A stretch of DNA of 64,000 nucleotides from assembly GCA_963664305.2 (NCBI GenBank), contig CAXXLV010000001.1, forward strand, positions 576,001-640,000. Direction: 5' to 3'. Below the pieces are notes generated by a model. It did no database searches. It had not been told where the DNA came from and saw nothing but the letters and a program-made list of their open reading frames with translations. Below are positions 20,340 to 31,479 of this stretch, piece after piece. Position numbers and translations under genes: made by a program. Position 1 is the stretch's first letter, and every line of letters begins with the position of its first letter. The DNA is from an uncultured Aliarcobacter sp. Lineage in GTDB: Bacteria; Campylobacterota; Campylobacteria; Campylobacterales; Arcobacteraceae.

Positions 20340-22196
20340 TTAAAGTACCGATAAAACTAAGGCAAAAACTAATCCTAAGATTAGTCCTAAACTCATTAGT
20401 CTTAATGATGTTGATAAATTCCCAGACTGAATTGGTCTAGCTTTAACTCCTAATTTATTGATAAAGTGAGCTAAACCATCAATTGACGCATCAATTAATT
20501 TGATTTCAATTACTTTCCATACCCATACTGAAAATGCATAATATGGTTTTGAAATACAAACTTCATATATTTTTGGAATATAGTATTGATTACTTAATAA
20601 TTTGTAGAAGAAGTTATCTTCCCATGATTTACTAAACCCACCATTTCTATATTTATATACAGCAAATAAAATACCAAAAATCGCAACTCCACTTGTAACT
20701 AAAATTAAAATCCAAGCCGTTGAATGATTTAAATTTGAAGCTTCCCATGTTGGTAAGATTTGAGTTACAAACTCTACAAATGAATGTTCAAACCAACCTG
20801 CAATAATTGCTAAAGTTGCTAGTGGAATCATTGCTGCTATAACAAAACTTTTTGCTTCATGTGGATGTAAATTTTTATTGTAATTTGCTTCACCAAAGAA
20901 GATTTTCATTACAAGTCTAAATGAATAAAATGCTGTTAAACCAGCTGTAATCCATAAAATTGTCCATAAAATTGTTGCATCAGCATTAAATGCAGCTTCT
21001 AAAATTTTATCTTTTGAAAAGAATCCAGCAAGTGGGAAAATACCTGCTAGTGCCAATGAAGCAATCATCATAATATATGAAGTTGCTTTCATCTCTTTAT
21101 GAAGTCCACCCATTTTTCTAATATCTAATTCATCATGCATAGCATGCATAACATTTCCAGCCCCAAGGAATAATACTGATTTGAAGAAAGCATGTGTTGC
21201 TAAGTGGAACAATGCAACCCAATATGCTCCAAGACCAGCTGCAACAAACATATATCCTAATTGAGATAGAGTTGAATATGCAATAATTCTTTTCATGTCA
21301 TTATTTACTAAAGCCATAGTTGCAGCAAATATTGCAACAAATGCACCTAAACAAGCAATTGCATAACCTACTTCTGGAATTAATGCATATAATTCATTTG
21401 AACGAACTACTAAATAAACTCCAGCTGTTACCATCGTTGCAGCGTGAATTAAAGCTGAAACTGGTGTTGGTCCTTCCATAGCATCTGCAAGCCATGTGTG
21501 TAAAGGAAACTGTGCAGATTTACCCATCGCTCCTAAGAATAATAAAGCTCCAATCCAAATAAGTGTTGAAGTTTCAAGAGTTGAGAATTGTGCAAATACG
21601 ATATCATATTGTAAACTTCCAATGTTCCAGTAAATTAAGAACATCCCCAGTAATAATCCTAAATCTCCAACTCTATTCATAATAAAGGCTTCATTTGCTG
21701 CCCATGTTGCAGATTCTTTGCTATACCAAAATCCAATTAGTAACCAAGAACAAACTCCAACACCTTCCCATCCAATAAATAAAACAGCAAAGTTATCACT
21801 CATTACTAAAACTAACATTGAGAAAACGAAAGCAGATAAATATGAAAAATATCTATTAAATCCATCATCATGATCCATATAACCGATTGAATGAATATGA
21901 ACCATTGTAGAAACGATTGTTACAACACTCATCATTACTACACTTACATGGTCAACCACAAATCCAAAAGGAATATCTAAATTTCCAATAACTATCCAAT
22001 CAAACAAACTTACATGTAAAGTTATATCTTCTGTGTAAACAAAATATAATAAATTTAAAGAAGCATACATTGAAACAGCTAACATAAATGATGTAAACCA
22101 ACCTGTAAATGCCATCTTTGACTGAGTTGAAAACAACGCAGCAATTAAAGAACCAACTAAAGGGGCAAAAAGTGCAATATATATAAATTTTTCCAT
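20340..22196 (-). CDS. nuoL: Complex I subunit L
   Basis: GKSAQFPLHTWLADAMEGPTPVSALIHAATMVTAG. Confidence 0.97.
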   Translation of the reverse strand: MEKFIYIALFAPLVGSLIAALFSTQSKMAFTGWFTSFMLAVSMYASLNLLYFVYTEDITLHVSLFDWIVIGNLDIPFGFVVDHVSVVMMSVVTIVSTMVHIHSIGYMDHDDGFNRYFSYLSAFVFSMLVLVMSDNFAVLFIGWEGVGVCSWLLIGFWYSKESATWAANEAFIMNRVGDLGLLLGMFLIYWNIGSLQYDIVFAQFSTLETSTLIWIGALLFLGAMGKSAQFPLHTWLADAMEGPTPVSALIHAATMVTAGVYLVVRSNELYALIPEVGYAIACLGAFVAIFAATMALVNNDMKRIIAYSTLSQLGYMFVAAGLGAYWVALFHLATHAFFKSVLFLGAGNVMHAMHDELDIRKMGGLHKEMKATSYIMMIASLALAGIFPLAGFFSKDKILEAAFNADATILWTILWITAGLTAFYSFRLVMKIFFGEANYNKNLHPHEAKSFVIAAMIPLATLAIIAGWFEHSFVEFVTQILPTWEASNLNHSTAWILILVTSGVAIFGILFAVYKYRNGGFSKSWEDNFFYKLLSNQYYIPKIYEVCISKPYYAFSVWVWKVIEIKLIDASIDGLAHFINKLGVKARPIQSGNLSTSLRLMSLGLILGLVFALVLSVL

Positions 22197-22198
22197 TC

Positions 22199-22498
22199 TT
22201 ATCCCTTCATTCCTGCAATATCATCTAAGTTAATAGACCCTGTTCTTTTATACCAAAGAATTAAAAGACCAAGACCAATTGCAACTTCACTTGCAGCAAC
22301 TGCAATAATAAAGAATGCAAACATTTGACCTGTTAAATCACCATGAAATTTAGAAATTGCAGCAAGTCCAACATTTACAGCATTTAACATAATTTCTGTA
22401 GAGAAAAAAAGCATTAAAACATTTTTTCTTCTAATTACACCAATTAAACCTATACAAAATAAAACTGTTGAAAGTATCAAATAAGCATTTAGTGTCAT
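22199..22498 (-). CDS. nuoK: Complex I subunit K
   Basis: EIMLNAVN, VAASEVAIGL. Confidence 0.96.
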   Translation of the reverse strand: MTLNAYLILSTVLFCIGLIGVIRRKNVLMLFFSTEIMLNAVNVGLAAISKFHGDLTGQMFAFFIIAVAASEVAIGLGLLILWYKRTGSINLDDIAGMKG

Positions 22499-23076
22499 TA
22501 AATATCCTTTGTAGATGATTCTTCTTGTTTCATAATCTCATCTATCTCTTCTTCTTTCATTTCTGAAAATGATATATTCATTTTTTTCCCTGCTAATACA
22601 ATTCCACCTACCATTGCAACTAATAACATTAAAGCCGCAAGTTCAAATGGAAGTAAATATTTTGTGAATAAAACAACCCCAACATCAGCAGTATTTCCAT
22701 ATTCAGGGTGAACTGGAAACTGTGCTTCTACATTTTGACCAATAATTGGAGCAATTAAAACAATAACTACAATAACTGCTATCATTCCAGATAATAAAAA
22801 TACCAATCTTGGATTATTGATTTTTTCCTTTACTTCTGATAATGAGTCAAAAAACATCATACCAAATGCGTATAAAGCCATAACTGCACCTGTATAAACT
22901 ACAATTTGAACTGCACCTAAAAAATCAGCATTTAATAAGAAGAAAAATCCTGAAATAAAAATCATTCCAGATGCTAATGCACTTAAAGCATAAAGTGAAT
23001 TATTTGTTAAAACTACAATACTAAACATACCAATAGTTAAAATAGAAAATATTATAAAAGCTATAATTTCAAACAT
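22498..23076 (-). CDS. nuoJ: Complex I subunit J
   Basis: QIVVYTGAV, YLLPFE. Confidence 0.95.
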   Translation of the reverse strand: MFEIIAFIIFSILTIGMFSIVVLTNNSLYALSALASGMIFISGFFFLLNADFLGAVQIVVYTGAVMALYAFGMMFFDSLSEVKEKINNPRLVFLLSGMIAVIVVIVLIAPIIGQNVEAQFPVHPEYGNTADVGVVLFTKYLLPFELAALMLLVAMVGGIVLAGKKMNISFSEMKEEEIDEIMKQEESSTKDI

Positions 23077-23085
23077 TCAATCTCC

Positions 23086-23706
23086 TTAGTATGATAATGG
23101 TGTTTTTTTAATTTTTTTATCGGCATCAGGAGATACTGAACCATAACCATCAAACTCTAACTGCATTCCTAAACCATTCGCACTTGTTAAGATATCCTCT
23201 TTTAAAGAGAAATGTGCTCTTTGTTCACTTGCATTTTCATATCTTCCACCATGAACAATCGCAAGCTCTGGACAAACCTCAGCACAATATCCACAGAAAA
23301 TACATCTTCCCATGTTGATTGTATATTGCATAACTTCTTTTCTAGAATTTTCATCAATTCTTGTTTCCATTCTAATACAATTTGCTATACATATTTTTTC
23401 ACAAAGTCCACAACCAATACATCTCTCTTCTCCTGATTCAAGAAGTCTAAGAAGTTTATGTACAGCTCTATATCTAGGTCCTATTGGTAATTTTTCTTTA
23501 GGATATTGAACAGTTGCCATTTCACCTTTGAATAAGGCTCTATACATTATTCCAAAAGTAATTCTCATTCCAACAAATAATTCACCTTTGATTGAACGTG
23601 CTAAAACTTGTTTGAACATATCCCAATTAGTTTTAGGGTAATTATCCTCTTGAACTACAACATAATCTTCACTAATATTTCTATTTTTAAACTCTTTTAG
23701 TTCCAT
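23086..23706 (-). CDS. nuoI: Complex I subunit I
   Basis: CIGCGLCEKIC and CIFCGYCAEVCP 4Fe-4S motifs. Confidence 0.96.
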   Translation of the reverse strand: MELKEFKNRNISEDYVVVQEDNYPKTNWDMFKQVLARSIKGELFVGMRITFGIMYRALFKGEMATVQYPKEKLPIGPRYRAVHKLLRLLESGEERCIGCGLCEKICIANCIRMETRIDENSRKEVMQYTINMGRCIFCGYCAEVCPELAIVHGGRYENASEQRAHFSLKEDILTSANGLGMQLEFDGYGSVSPDADKKIKKTPLSY

Positions 23707-23708
23707 AA

Positions 23709-24707
23709 TTAACTCCTAACCATAATCACAAAACCAGTAACTAAAACATTTAGTACTGAAAGTGGCATTAATATTTTCCAACATAACCACATCAATTGGT
23801 CAGGTCTAACATGTGGCCAAGAAGCTCTTGTCCATAAGAAAATAAATATCAAGAACATTACTTTTAATACAATTGCTAAACCACCTGGAATAAACCATAA
23901 TGGCTCAAATCCACCTAAGAATATAAGTGAAACTAAAAATGAAATTGTAAATAAGTTTGCATATTCTCCAATAAAGAACATCCCCCATCTCATTCCAGAA
24001 TATTCAGTTGCATATCCAGCAACTAACTCTGCTTCATGCTCAAGTAAGTCAAAAGGTGTTCTATTTGTTTCAGCAAAACCTGCAATTAAAAATAAAATAA
24101 ATGCTAAAGGTTGTGACCAAATTATCCAGTTTGAAATTCCACCTGCTTGATAGTTATTAATATCAATTAAAGACAGACTTCCAACCATCATTAAAGGTGC
24201 TAATAAAGAAAGTCCAGATACAACTTCATAAGATAAAAGTTGAATTGCTGTTCTTGCACCTCCAAGTAATGCCCATTTATTAGCACTACTCATACCACCT
24301 AAAAGTGGTCCATAAAGTCCAACTGCACCAACAGACAATACAAATAAAACTCCAACATTAATATCACTAATAATTGGTCTTACTGTATATCCAAACATTT
24401 CAAATTCTGGGAAAAAAGGAACTGCACTCATTGCGATAAATGCTGTTGCAGCTGTAATTAAAGGTGCAACCATAAATATTTTTTTGTTTACATTTGCAGG
24501 AATAATATCCTCTTTACAAAACAATTTAATTCCATCTGCTGCAATTTGTAATAATCCATAAGGACCAACATTTGTTGGACCTAATCTTCTTTGCATAAAA
24601 GCTAGAATTTTTCTCTCTATATAAGTTGTAAATCCAGCAAGTGCTGAAAAAACTGCAAGTACAACTACTACTTTTACAATAGTTTCTATAATAATACTTG
24701 TTTCCAT
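23709..24707 (-). CDS. nuoH: Complex I subunit H
   Basis: ERKILAFMQRRLGP, AETNRTPFDL; start moved to ATG at 24707 (METSII), just after the nuoG stop. Confidence 0.96.
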   Translation of the reverse strand: METSIIIETIVKVVVVLAVFSALAGFTTYIERKILAFMQRRLGPTNVGPYGLLQIAADGIKLFCKEDIIPANVNKKIFMVAPLITAATAFIAMSAVPFFPEFEMFGYTVRPIISDINVGVLFVLSVGAVGLYGPLLGGMSSANKWALLGGARTAIQLLSYEVVSGLSLLAPLMMVGSLSLIDINNYQAGGISNWIIWSQPLAFILFLIAGFAETNRTPFDLLEHEAELVAGYATEYSGMRWGMFFIGEYANLFTISFLVSLIFLGGFEPLWFIPGGLAIVLKVMFLIFIFLWTRASWPHVRPDQLMWLCWKILMPLSVLNVLVTGFVIMVRS

Positions 24708-24708
24708 A

Positions 24709-27183
24709 TTATACCTTTGCCACTTTTGCTTTATTAAATCTATAAGTATTGAACAGAGCATTTGAAGAACTATTTTTCATAAATGTAGAAACATAAGAGA
24801 TGTTTCCTTTTATTTGAATATCTACATATGCATTTAAAGTCAATTCTTGATTATTTGCATTTACTTTTACTTTATCACCTTCAACTAAACCTAAATTCTC
24901 AAATGCTTCTTTTGAAAAGAATATTCCATCTTGAAGTTTCTCTTTAAACTCATGAGAAATTGCTGTAAATTCATTGAATTGATTAATTGGATTCGCTTTA
25001 TAAATTACAATTTCATTCTCTTCTAAAACTAATCTTTCAGTATTAGCTTCTTTTACACTCTCTTCTTTTAATACTTCAAAAGAGTTAATTTCATATCCTC
25101 TATATTCAACTTGGTCATTTCCAAAATGATTTGGTAAATCATCAAACTTAACAGTTTTATAACCTTTATTTATTGGAAGTTTAACTGTGTAATCTATCGT
25201 ATACTCTACATCACAACCTAAAACTTCATTTGCTACTTCATTTAAAGTATAACCTTTAAACTCTAAAGCAGCATTTGTAGGAATTACTTTTTTATCTATA
25301 TTTGTAAAAGTTCCTTCTTGTTGATTAAGAGCTGGTACATCTAAATCTCCATCACCTAAAGCAGAAAGTTCAAAATCAGCTTTCATGTTATAACCAACAC
25401 TTAAACCATCAACTTCTTGTGATAAAGTACAAATTTGTGCTACACCTAAAGTATTTGTTTGTGATGGAATAATTACTACATTAAAATCTGTATAAGCATC
25501 AATTAATCCACAAAGTTTTGCTAAATTTTCACTATTTGGATGAGTTATTAAATCTTCTCCAACCATTAAAGAGAAGGCATCTTTTTTAGCCAACATTTCA
25601 TCAACTAAATCAAGGAATTTTTCATCTCTTCCAAAATCTTCAACAAATGAAACCATCTCATATGAAACTTCTGTTGATACATTTTTAGAAACTACTTTTT
25701 TAACTTCTTTTTCTTCACCCGTTGCTTCATCAACAACTATCTCAACAACATTTTCTTTTACAACTTCAGTTACAGTTTTTGTTTTAGTCTCTTTTTTAGA
25801 ATCTATGTATGATTGAACTTCAGAGGGTAAATTTTTTCCAAATTTATATAAAATGAAATATAAAATTGACTCTTCAACCATTGGAGCGTGATAAATAAAA
25901 TCTGTTGTTTTCCCAATTTTTCCAATTTTTTCCATAACTGGATCAGCTATTGGATGGAAATATAATCCCGCACCTTTATTCATAACAACTGAATTATTAA
26001 AGGCATATCTTGCATTTGGTAAATCTGATTTTAAATAAGACCCAACAGAAATTACAAAGTTTGAGTTATGTACATCTGATAATTTTGAAGAATATAAAGT
26101 TTGTCCAGATGTTTTTGAATAATTATTTAAAAACTCTTGATATCTTCTTGCATCTTCATTTACAAGTTTTGCACCAGTAAACTCTGAAATTTTTTGTAAA
26201 ATTAAAGCTTCTTCATTTGTAATATATGAATTAAATTTAATATTTCTAGCACCTTTAAATGCCTCCACAGCTTTATCAAATGCAGCTTTATTTTTTTCTT
26301 CAACTTTGTTTTCAAAATCATAAGCAAATCTTCCAGCTCCATTTAAAGTTGAATAATGTGGCTCATTTGTAACTCTATAAATTCTTTTTGTTTTGTGATT
26401 ATCAATAGAATCATGTTTAATTTCATAATACATAAATGCACAATCACTTGAGTGAGGATTAGCTGCAGGTATTTTTTTAAGTTCCCAAGCATTTGAAGTA
26501 TATTGGAAATCATGTGATACTAAAGCTCCAACAGGACATGCAGAGATACACTCTCCACAGTTTGTACAGGCATCAGCATCATAACCAATAAGTGATTTAT
26601 TCAGTTTATTCCACATAGCATAAGCATCTTTTGGCATTTCATCTTTAAATACTTTATCGATGTTATCACTATCTCTTTTTACTGTATCTAAAGCGTTTGA
26701 ACCAACCATATCTTCACAAACAGTTACACATCTTTCACATACAATACATAAAGCTGGGTCATAATTCATAACTCCCCAATGTTGAGTTGGTCTATGTATA
26801 TCTTTGATACTATAACTTTGAGAATCTACTTTCATATATAAAGAGTAGTTTTGTAATTCGCACTCTCCACTTTGGTCACAAACACCACATTGTAAAGGAT
26901 GATTTACATCATAAACTTCCATAATTGCTCTTCTTTCAAGTGCAATATTTGGAGTTACTGTTGTAATATTCATATCTGCTTTTACTTTAGTATTACAACC
27001 ATAAACTTGTTTTCCATCAGCTTCTACTAAACATAATCTACATGCAAGAGTTGGTGAACATCTAGTTAAATAACAAACTGCTGGAACAAATACATTATTT
27101 GCTCTAGCAACATTTAATATAGACTCACCATCTTTTGCTTCAATAGATTTACCATCAATTGTTAGTGTAATCATATCACTCAT
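24709..27183 (-). CDS. nuoG: Complex I subunit G
   Basis: ACRLCLVE, HPLQCGVCDQSGECELQ, CIVCERCVTVC, CTNCGECISACPVGAL. Confidence 0.96.
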   Translation of the reverse strand: MSDMITLTIDGKSIEAKDGESILNVARANNVFVPAVCYLTRCSPTLACRLCLVEADGKQVYGCNTKVKADMNITTVTPNIALERRAIMEVYDVNHPLQCGVCDQSGECELQNYSLYMKVDSQSYSIKDIHRPTQHWGVMNYDPALCIVCERCVTVCEDMVGSNALDTVKRDSDNIDKVFKDEMPKDAYAMWNKLNKSLIGYDADACTNCGECISACPVGALVSHDFQYTSNAWELKKIPAANPHSSDCAFMYYEIKHDSIDNHKTKRIYRVTNEPHYSTLNGAGRFAYDFENKVEEKNKAAFDKAVEAFKGARNIKFNSYITNEEALILQKISEFTGAKLVNEDARRYQEFLNNYSKTSGQTLYSSKLSDVHNSNFVISVGSYLKSDLPNARYAFNNSVVMNKGAGLYFHPIADPVMEKIGKIGKTTDFIYHAPMVEESILYFILYKFGKNLPSEVQSYIDSKKETKTKTVTEVVKENVVEIVVDEATGEEKEVKKVVSKNVSTEVSYEMVSFVEDFGRDEKFLDLVDEMLAKKDAFSLMVGEDLITHPNSENLAKLCGLIDAYTDFNVVIIPSQTNTLGVAQICTLSQEVDGLSVGYNMKADFELSALGDGDLDVPALNQQEGTFTNIDKKVIPTNAALEFKGYTLNEVANEVLGCDVEYTIDYTVKLPINKGYKTVKFDDLPNHFGNDQVEYRGYEINSFEVLKEESVKEANTERLVLEENEIVIYKANPINQFNEFTAISHEFKEKLQDGIFFSKEAFENLGLVEGDKVKVNANNQELTLNAYVDIQIKGNISYVSTFMKNSSSNALFNTYRFNKAKVAKV

Positions 27184-27983
27184 TATGCTTCTACCTTTTC
27201 AATTTTCACTTGTTTATATTTATAACCATCAAAAATATCTGTACTATTATCTGCTTCTAAAATTGCAATTGTTCCTGTTAGAGAATCATCAATTTTTAAA
27301 ACTCTTTTTATTTTTTCATTTTTAGAATTTATATATATTTCATCACCATCTACAACTTTTGCAATATTTGCAAATGTTTTACTTGAGATTAATTCATTAC
27401 TATTTTTACCAATTAATTTATAAACTAAAGTACCATTAAATGATTTTAAATCTTCTATTTCTTCTAAATCAAAATCTTCACAACTATCTATTTTCTCTTC
27501 TAAATCTTTATCTAAAACTATTAAATTAAAATCCGTATATTTTTTTATTACTGCTAATAGCTTAATTATATTTTCAACTCTTTCATGATTTTTTATATCA
27601 TTACCTACAATTAATACTTTAGAATTTGAATCTAAAAAAGCTTCATAAGACTCTTCAAATTCCTCTTCACCAGCACTACTTTCAGCAGAAATGTATCCTA
27701 AATCTAAATCGTTTATATATTTGTTTATTTTCTCATTTGCATTTTTTACAAAAGTATTAAGTAATAAGGCACAAATTCCCTCTTCACTTCCTACTTCATA
27801 TTTAATAAACTGTGAATAAAAAGATTTTAAAGTCGGATTATCAATTGGGAACATATAAATAAATTTTGTTTTATTTTTTTCTATTGAATCTAATACACAA
27901 GTTTTTATTTCTTGATTATCTTCAAAATACGTTCCAAATGATAATATTAAATCAGCATTTAAAATAATCTCTTTATTATTCAT
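27183..27983 (-). CDS. Campylobacterota-type protein at the nuoF position (NuoY-like; no NADH/FMN/Fe-S motifs)
   Basis: Between the nuoE-like gene and nuoG; YEVGSEEG and DLGYISAES motifs; start moved to ATG at 27983 overlapping the upstream stop. Confidence 0.8.
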   Translation of the reverse strand: MNNKEIILNADLILSFGTYFEDNQEIKTCVLDSIEKNKTKFIYMFPIDNPTLKSFYSQFIKYEVGSEEGICALLLNTFVKNANEKINKYINDLDLGYISAESSAGEEEFEESYEAFLDSNSKVLIVGNDIKNHERVENIIKLLAVIKKYTDFNLIVLDKDLEEKIDSCEDFDLEEIEDLKSFNGTLVYKLIGKNSNELISSKTFANIAKVVDGDEIYINSKNEKIKRVLKIDDSLTGTIAILEADNSTDIFDGYKYKQVKIEKVEA

Positions 27984-28254
27984 CTTTTCCACTTTCAGCA
28001 ACTTCCTCAACAACTTTTGGTTCAGGTTTTACTTTTTTAACTACTAAAGTCCAATCTACTTCATTGAATTTTATAGAATTCATCAAAGTATATCCAGCTT
28101 CATAAATTACATCTGCTGATTTTTGGATATTTGAAAAATCTCCAATTTCAAACATAATAATTGCTGTTTCTTCAGGAGCTATTTGTTTATCAAGTAGTTC
28201 TAACATTCTGTCGTAAAAATCATTTTTTAAAAATCTTAAATCAAATCTTTTCAT
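27976..28254 (-). CDS. Campylobacterota-type small protein at the nuoE position (NuoX-like)
   Basis: MKRFDLR...FEIGDF..IQKSAD...[11 protein letters not shown]; no cysteines; operon position. Confidence 0.85.
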   Translation of the reverse strand: MKRFDLRFLKNDFYDRMLELLDKQIAPEETAIIMFEIGDFSNIQKSADVIYEAGYTLMNSIKFNEVDWTLVVKKVKPEPKVVEEVAESGKDE

Positions 28255-29477
28255 CTGTCAATCTCACCAAATACTATATTTAAATTACCAATTATTGTAA
28301 CAACGTCAGCTAATTGACATCCAACTAGCAGCTCTTCTAAAATCGCAGTGTGTTGGAAACTAGGAGTTCTTAATTTTAATCTATAAGCATAAGGACTTCC
28401 ATCACTTACAACAAAGTACCCTAACTCACCTTTTGGTGATTCAGTAGCAACATATACTTCACCAACTGGTGGTCTCATACCTTGAGTTACAAGTACAAAG
28501 TGTTGCATTAAAGAGTAGTTTTGAGTCATTATTTGCTCTTTTGGAGCTGAAATATAATTTGGAGCATGTGCCATTAATTGAGAATCTGATCCATAATACA
28601 TTGGGAATAATTGCCCTAAAATTTTTGCAGACTCTTTAATCTCAGCAATACAAATTTTATATCTTCCATATGAATCACATGTATCTGAAACTGGTACATC
28701 AAAATCTAATTCAGGATAAATTCCATAAGGCATCTCTTTTCTTAAATCCCATTTAATACCACTTCCTCTTAAAGCAACACCTGAACATGCCCAATCTTGT
28801 GCCATTTGAGGAGTAATAATTCCAACATTTTCAAGTCTCATTTTCCAAATTCTATTTTCAGTTAAAAGACCTTCATAAGTTTTTAACTCTTTATCTAAAA
28901 TTTCTAAAAATGATTTACAATCATCAATCCAGTTTGCTGGTAAATCTAAAGGAACACCACCAATTCTAACTGCACTATGAGTAAGTCTAGCACCACAATA
29001 ATCTTCAATTAAATCTATTGCGTATTCTCTTTCTCTAAAGCAATATAAAAACATTGACATAGCACCAACATCAAGAGCATGAGTTGCTAACCAGAATAAG
29101 TGAGAGATAATTCTATTTAACTCTAAAAGCATTGTTCTAATAATCTCTGCACGTCTTGGAGCTTCAATTCCAAGTAATTGCTCAATTGCTAAAGCGTATC
29201 CATAGTTATTTGAAGTTGCTGCAATATAATCCATTCTATCAGTTGTAGGTAAGAATTCATTGTAAATCATATTTTCCGCCATTTTTTCCATACCTCTATG
29301 AAGATATCCAATCATTGGTCTTGATTTTACAACTTCCTCACCTTGAAGTTCTAATATAAGTCTTAATTGTCCGTGAGCAGATGGATGTTGTGGTCCAAAG
29401 TTTACCATCATAGTATTATCTTCACGTTCAAAGTGAATATTTTCAAAAAAAGGTTTTAATCTATTTGGTTGTTGCAT
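28251..29477 (-). CDS. nuoD: Complex I subunit D
   Basis: [32 protein letters not shown]. Confidence 0.97.
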   Translation of the reverse strand: MQQPNRLKPFFENIHFEREDNTMMVNFGPQHPSAHGQLRLILELQGEEVVKSRPMIGYLHRGMEKMAENMIYNEFLPTTDRMDYIAATSNNYGYALAIEQLLGIEAPRRAEIIRTMLLELNRIISHLFWLATHALDVGAMSMFLYCFREREYAIDLIEDYCGARLTHSAVRIGGVPLDLPANWIDDCKSFLEILDKELKTYEGLLTENRIWKMRLENVGIITPQMAQDWACSGVALRGSGIKWDLRKEMPYGIYPELDFDVPVSDTCDSYGRYKICIAEIKESAKILGQLFPMYYGSDSQLMAHAPNYISAPKEQIMTQNYSLMQHFVLVTQGMRPPVGEVYVATESPKGELGYFVVSDGSPYAYRLKLRTPSFQHTAILEELLVGCQLADVVTIIGNLNIVFGEIDR

Positions 29478-29482
29478 ATTTT

Positions 29483-30286
29483 CTACCTTCTTCTTTTTAA
29501 AACAACTGATTCTTCAGGTTTTAATTTTTTAACTAAAGTATTTCCACCCTCTTCTTCATAAGAGATAGCAGTTTCTGGTTCAAATTGAGAAATATCCATT
29601 CCAAAAGGAACTTCATGTCCAAGTCTTGCAAATCTTGTAGTATCATATCTATCAATTGCAGCTGGGTCTCTTTGCTCAGGTCCAATGATATCACGGGCTT
29701 CTTTTCCAAAAATTTTATCAACTTCATACCAAGCAGCAACTTCATCACCTTGTAATGGATAAGTTTTTTTCAATGGATGGTCATACCAATCATCTGGCAT
29801 AATTAATCTTTTTAAGTTAGGATGATTATCAACTTTTACACCTAACATATCATACATTTCTCTTTCAGACCAATTTGCTGATTTGTAAAGTGAAGTAACT
29901 GATTCTATAGATTCATCTTTTTGTACAAAACATTTAACTCTTAATCTTTTATGTTTACTTAGAGATAACATTTCATAAAAAACTTCATAACCATCTTTTG
30001 AAGCTATATAATCAACTGCTGATAATTCCATCAACATTTCATATCTCAAATTTTCTTTTAAAAATGTCAATGCTTTTACATTTTCCTCTTTGTTTATAAT
30101 TAAAACTAAATGAGTATGCTCAATATAAGCATCTTTAATTTCTACTTCTTTTGAAATTTTTTCTAAATCTTTTGAAAAAATTTCATCTTCACTTATTTCA
30201 TATCTTGGAACATTTGGACTTACAAAAAATCTATCTGAAAAATAAGCTTGTCTTTGAACATTATCTTTTGGTGTATATTTTCTCAT
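29483..30286 (-). CDS. nuoC: Complex I subunit C
   Basis: [20 protein letters not shown]. Confidence 0.96.
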   Translation of the reverse strand: MRKYTPKDNVQRQAYFSDRFFVSPNVPRYEISEDEIFSKDLEKISKEVEIKDAYIEHTHLVLIINKEENVKALTFLKENLRYEMLMELSAVDYIASKDGYEVFYEMLSLSKHKRLRVKCFVQKDESIESVTSLYKSANWSEREMYDMLGVKVDNHPNLKRLIMPDDWYDHPLKKTYPLQGDEVAAWYEVDKIFGKEARDIIGPEQRDPAAIDRYDTTRFARLGHEVPFGMDISQFEPETAISYEEEGGNTLVKKLKPEESVVLKRRR

Positions 30287-30795
30287 TATACTAACCTCTT
30301 TTTCTTGTGTGCTCTAAAAATTGATTCTTTTCTGATTTTTTGTTGTAATGTCATTAATGCATACTGTAAAGTTTCAGGTCTTGGTGCGCAACCTGGTAAA
30401 TAGATATCAACTGGAATAATTCTATCTGCACCTTGAACAGTTGCATAAGTATTAAACATACCACCTGTATTTGCACATGACCCCATAGAAATCACCCATT
30501 TAGGATCAGGCATCTGGTCATATAATCTTCTCATAAACTCAGCATGTTTTTTTGTTAGAGTTCCTGCAATTATTAAAACGTCAGATTGTCTTGGACTTGC
30601 TCTAAAAATAGTTCCAAATCTATCAAAGTCATATCTTGAAGCTCCTGTTGCCATCATTTCGATAGCACAACATGCAAGTCCATAAGTCATAGGCCATAAA
30701 GAGTTTGAACGACCAAAATTAACTAACTTATCAATTGTAGTTAATTTAACTGCTGCTCCATTATCTTGTAAATAATTTATTTTATGCTGTGCCAT
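30286..30795 (-). CDS. nuoB: Complex I subunit B
   Basis: [23 protein letters not shown]. Confidence 0.97.
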   Translation of the reverse strand: MAQHKINYLQDNGAAVKLTTIDKLVNFGRSNSLWPMTYGLACCAIEMMATGASRYDFDRFGTIFRASPRQSDVLIIAGTLTKKHAEFMRRLYDQMPDPKWVISMGSCANTGGMFNTYATVQGADRIIPVDIYLPGCAPRPETLQYALMTLQQKIRKESIFRAHKKKRLV

Positions 30796-31166
30796 TCAAG
30801 CGCTCCTTTTTTCCAAGCATATACAAATCCAATTGCTAATAAAATGATAAATAAAATCATTTCAATAAAACCAAACCAACCAAGTATTTTAAAATTAACA
30901 GCCCATGGGAACATGAAAATTATTTCAACATCGAATAAAATAAATAAAAGCGCTGTTAAATAAAACTGTGCAGAAATTCTATTTGGTTGTTTTGTAACCT
31001 CTGGACCACACTCATAAAGTGTTGTTTTTAATTTCTCTGTATCTAGTCTTGCAATTTTTCTACTAATGTATCTTGAAAGCCATACTGTTGCACCAAATGC
31101 ACCAAATGTCACAATAAACATCACAAATGCACCAAAATAGGGATGGGCAAATTCCATATGTGTCAT
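30777..31166 (-). CDS. nuoA: Complex I subunit A
   Basis: [19 protein letters not shown]. Confidence 0.96.
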   Translation of the reverse strand: MTHMEFAHPYFGAFVMFIVTFGAFGATVWLSRYISRKIARLDTEKLKTTLYECGPEVTKQPNRISAQFYLTALLFILFDVEIIFMFPWAVNFKILGWFGFIEMILFIILLAIGFVYAWKKGALEWHSIK

Positions 31167-31479
31167 TTAATCTATCCTTTTAAAGCTAAAAAGTATTTTG
31201 TTTTTTTGTAAAAATTAATAATTTCACAAGAAAAATGGTCATAAAAATGTAATAGATAATATTTAAACCTAATAAAAAATTAGCTTTAAGCTTAATGTTT
31301 CTCTAAGTATTCAATATAAATTGGTACAAAAAGAAACACTAAATCTAAACTTAAATTTTATTAATAAAATATCTTTGTATTTTTTGTTTTCTTAGAATTT
31401 ATTTAAAAAATAAATGTAATTATATCTTTTAAAGATAAAATCAAAATAAAAAGAAGGAAGAGAAGGTTTGAAACAAATG

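Noticed and set aside
25670..25800. Val/Glu/Lys-rich insertion in NuoG
   Set aside because: Low-complexity loop; I recall similar charged inserts in Campylobacter NuoG; no DNA-level repeat
31167..31479. AT-rich palindromes upstream of nuoA (e.g. ATTTTATTAATAAAAT at 31355-31370)
   Set aside because: Almost pure A/T; expected by chance; no shared consensus
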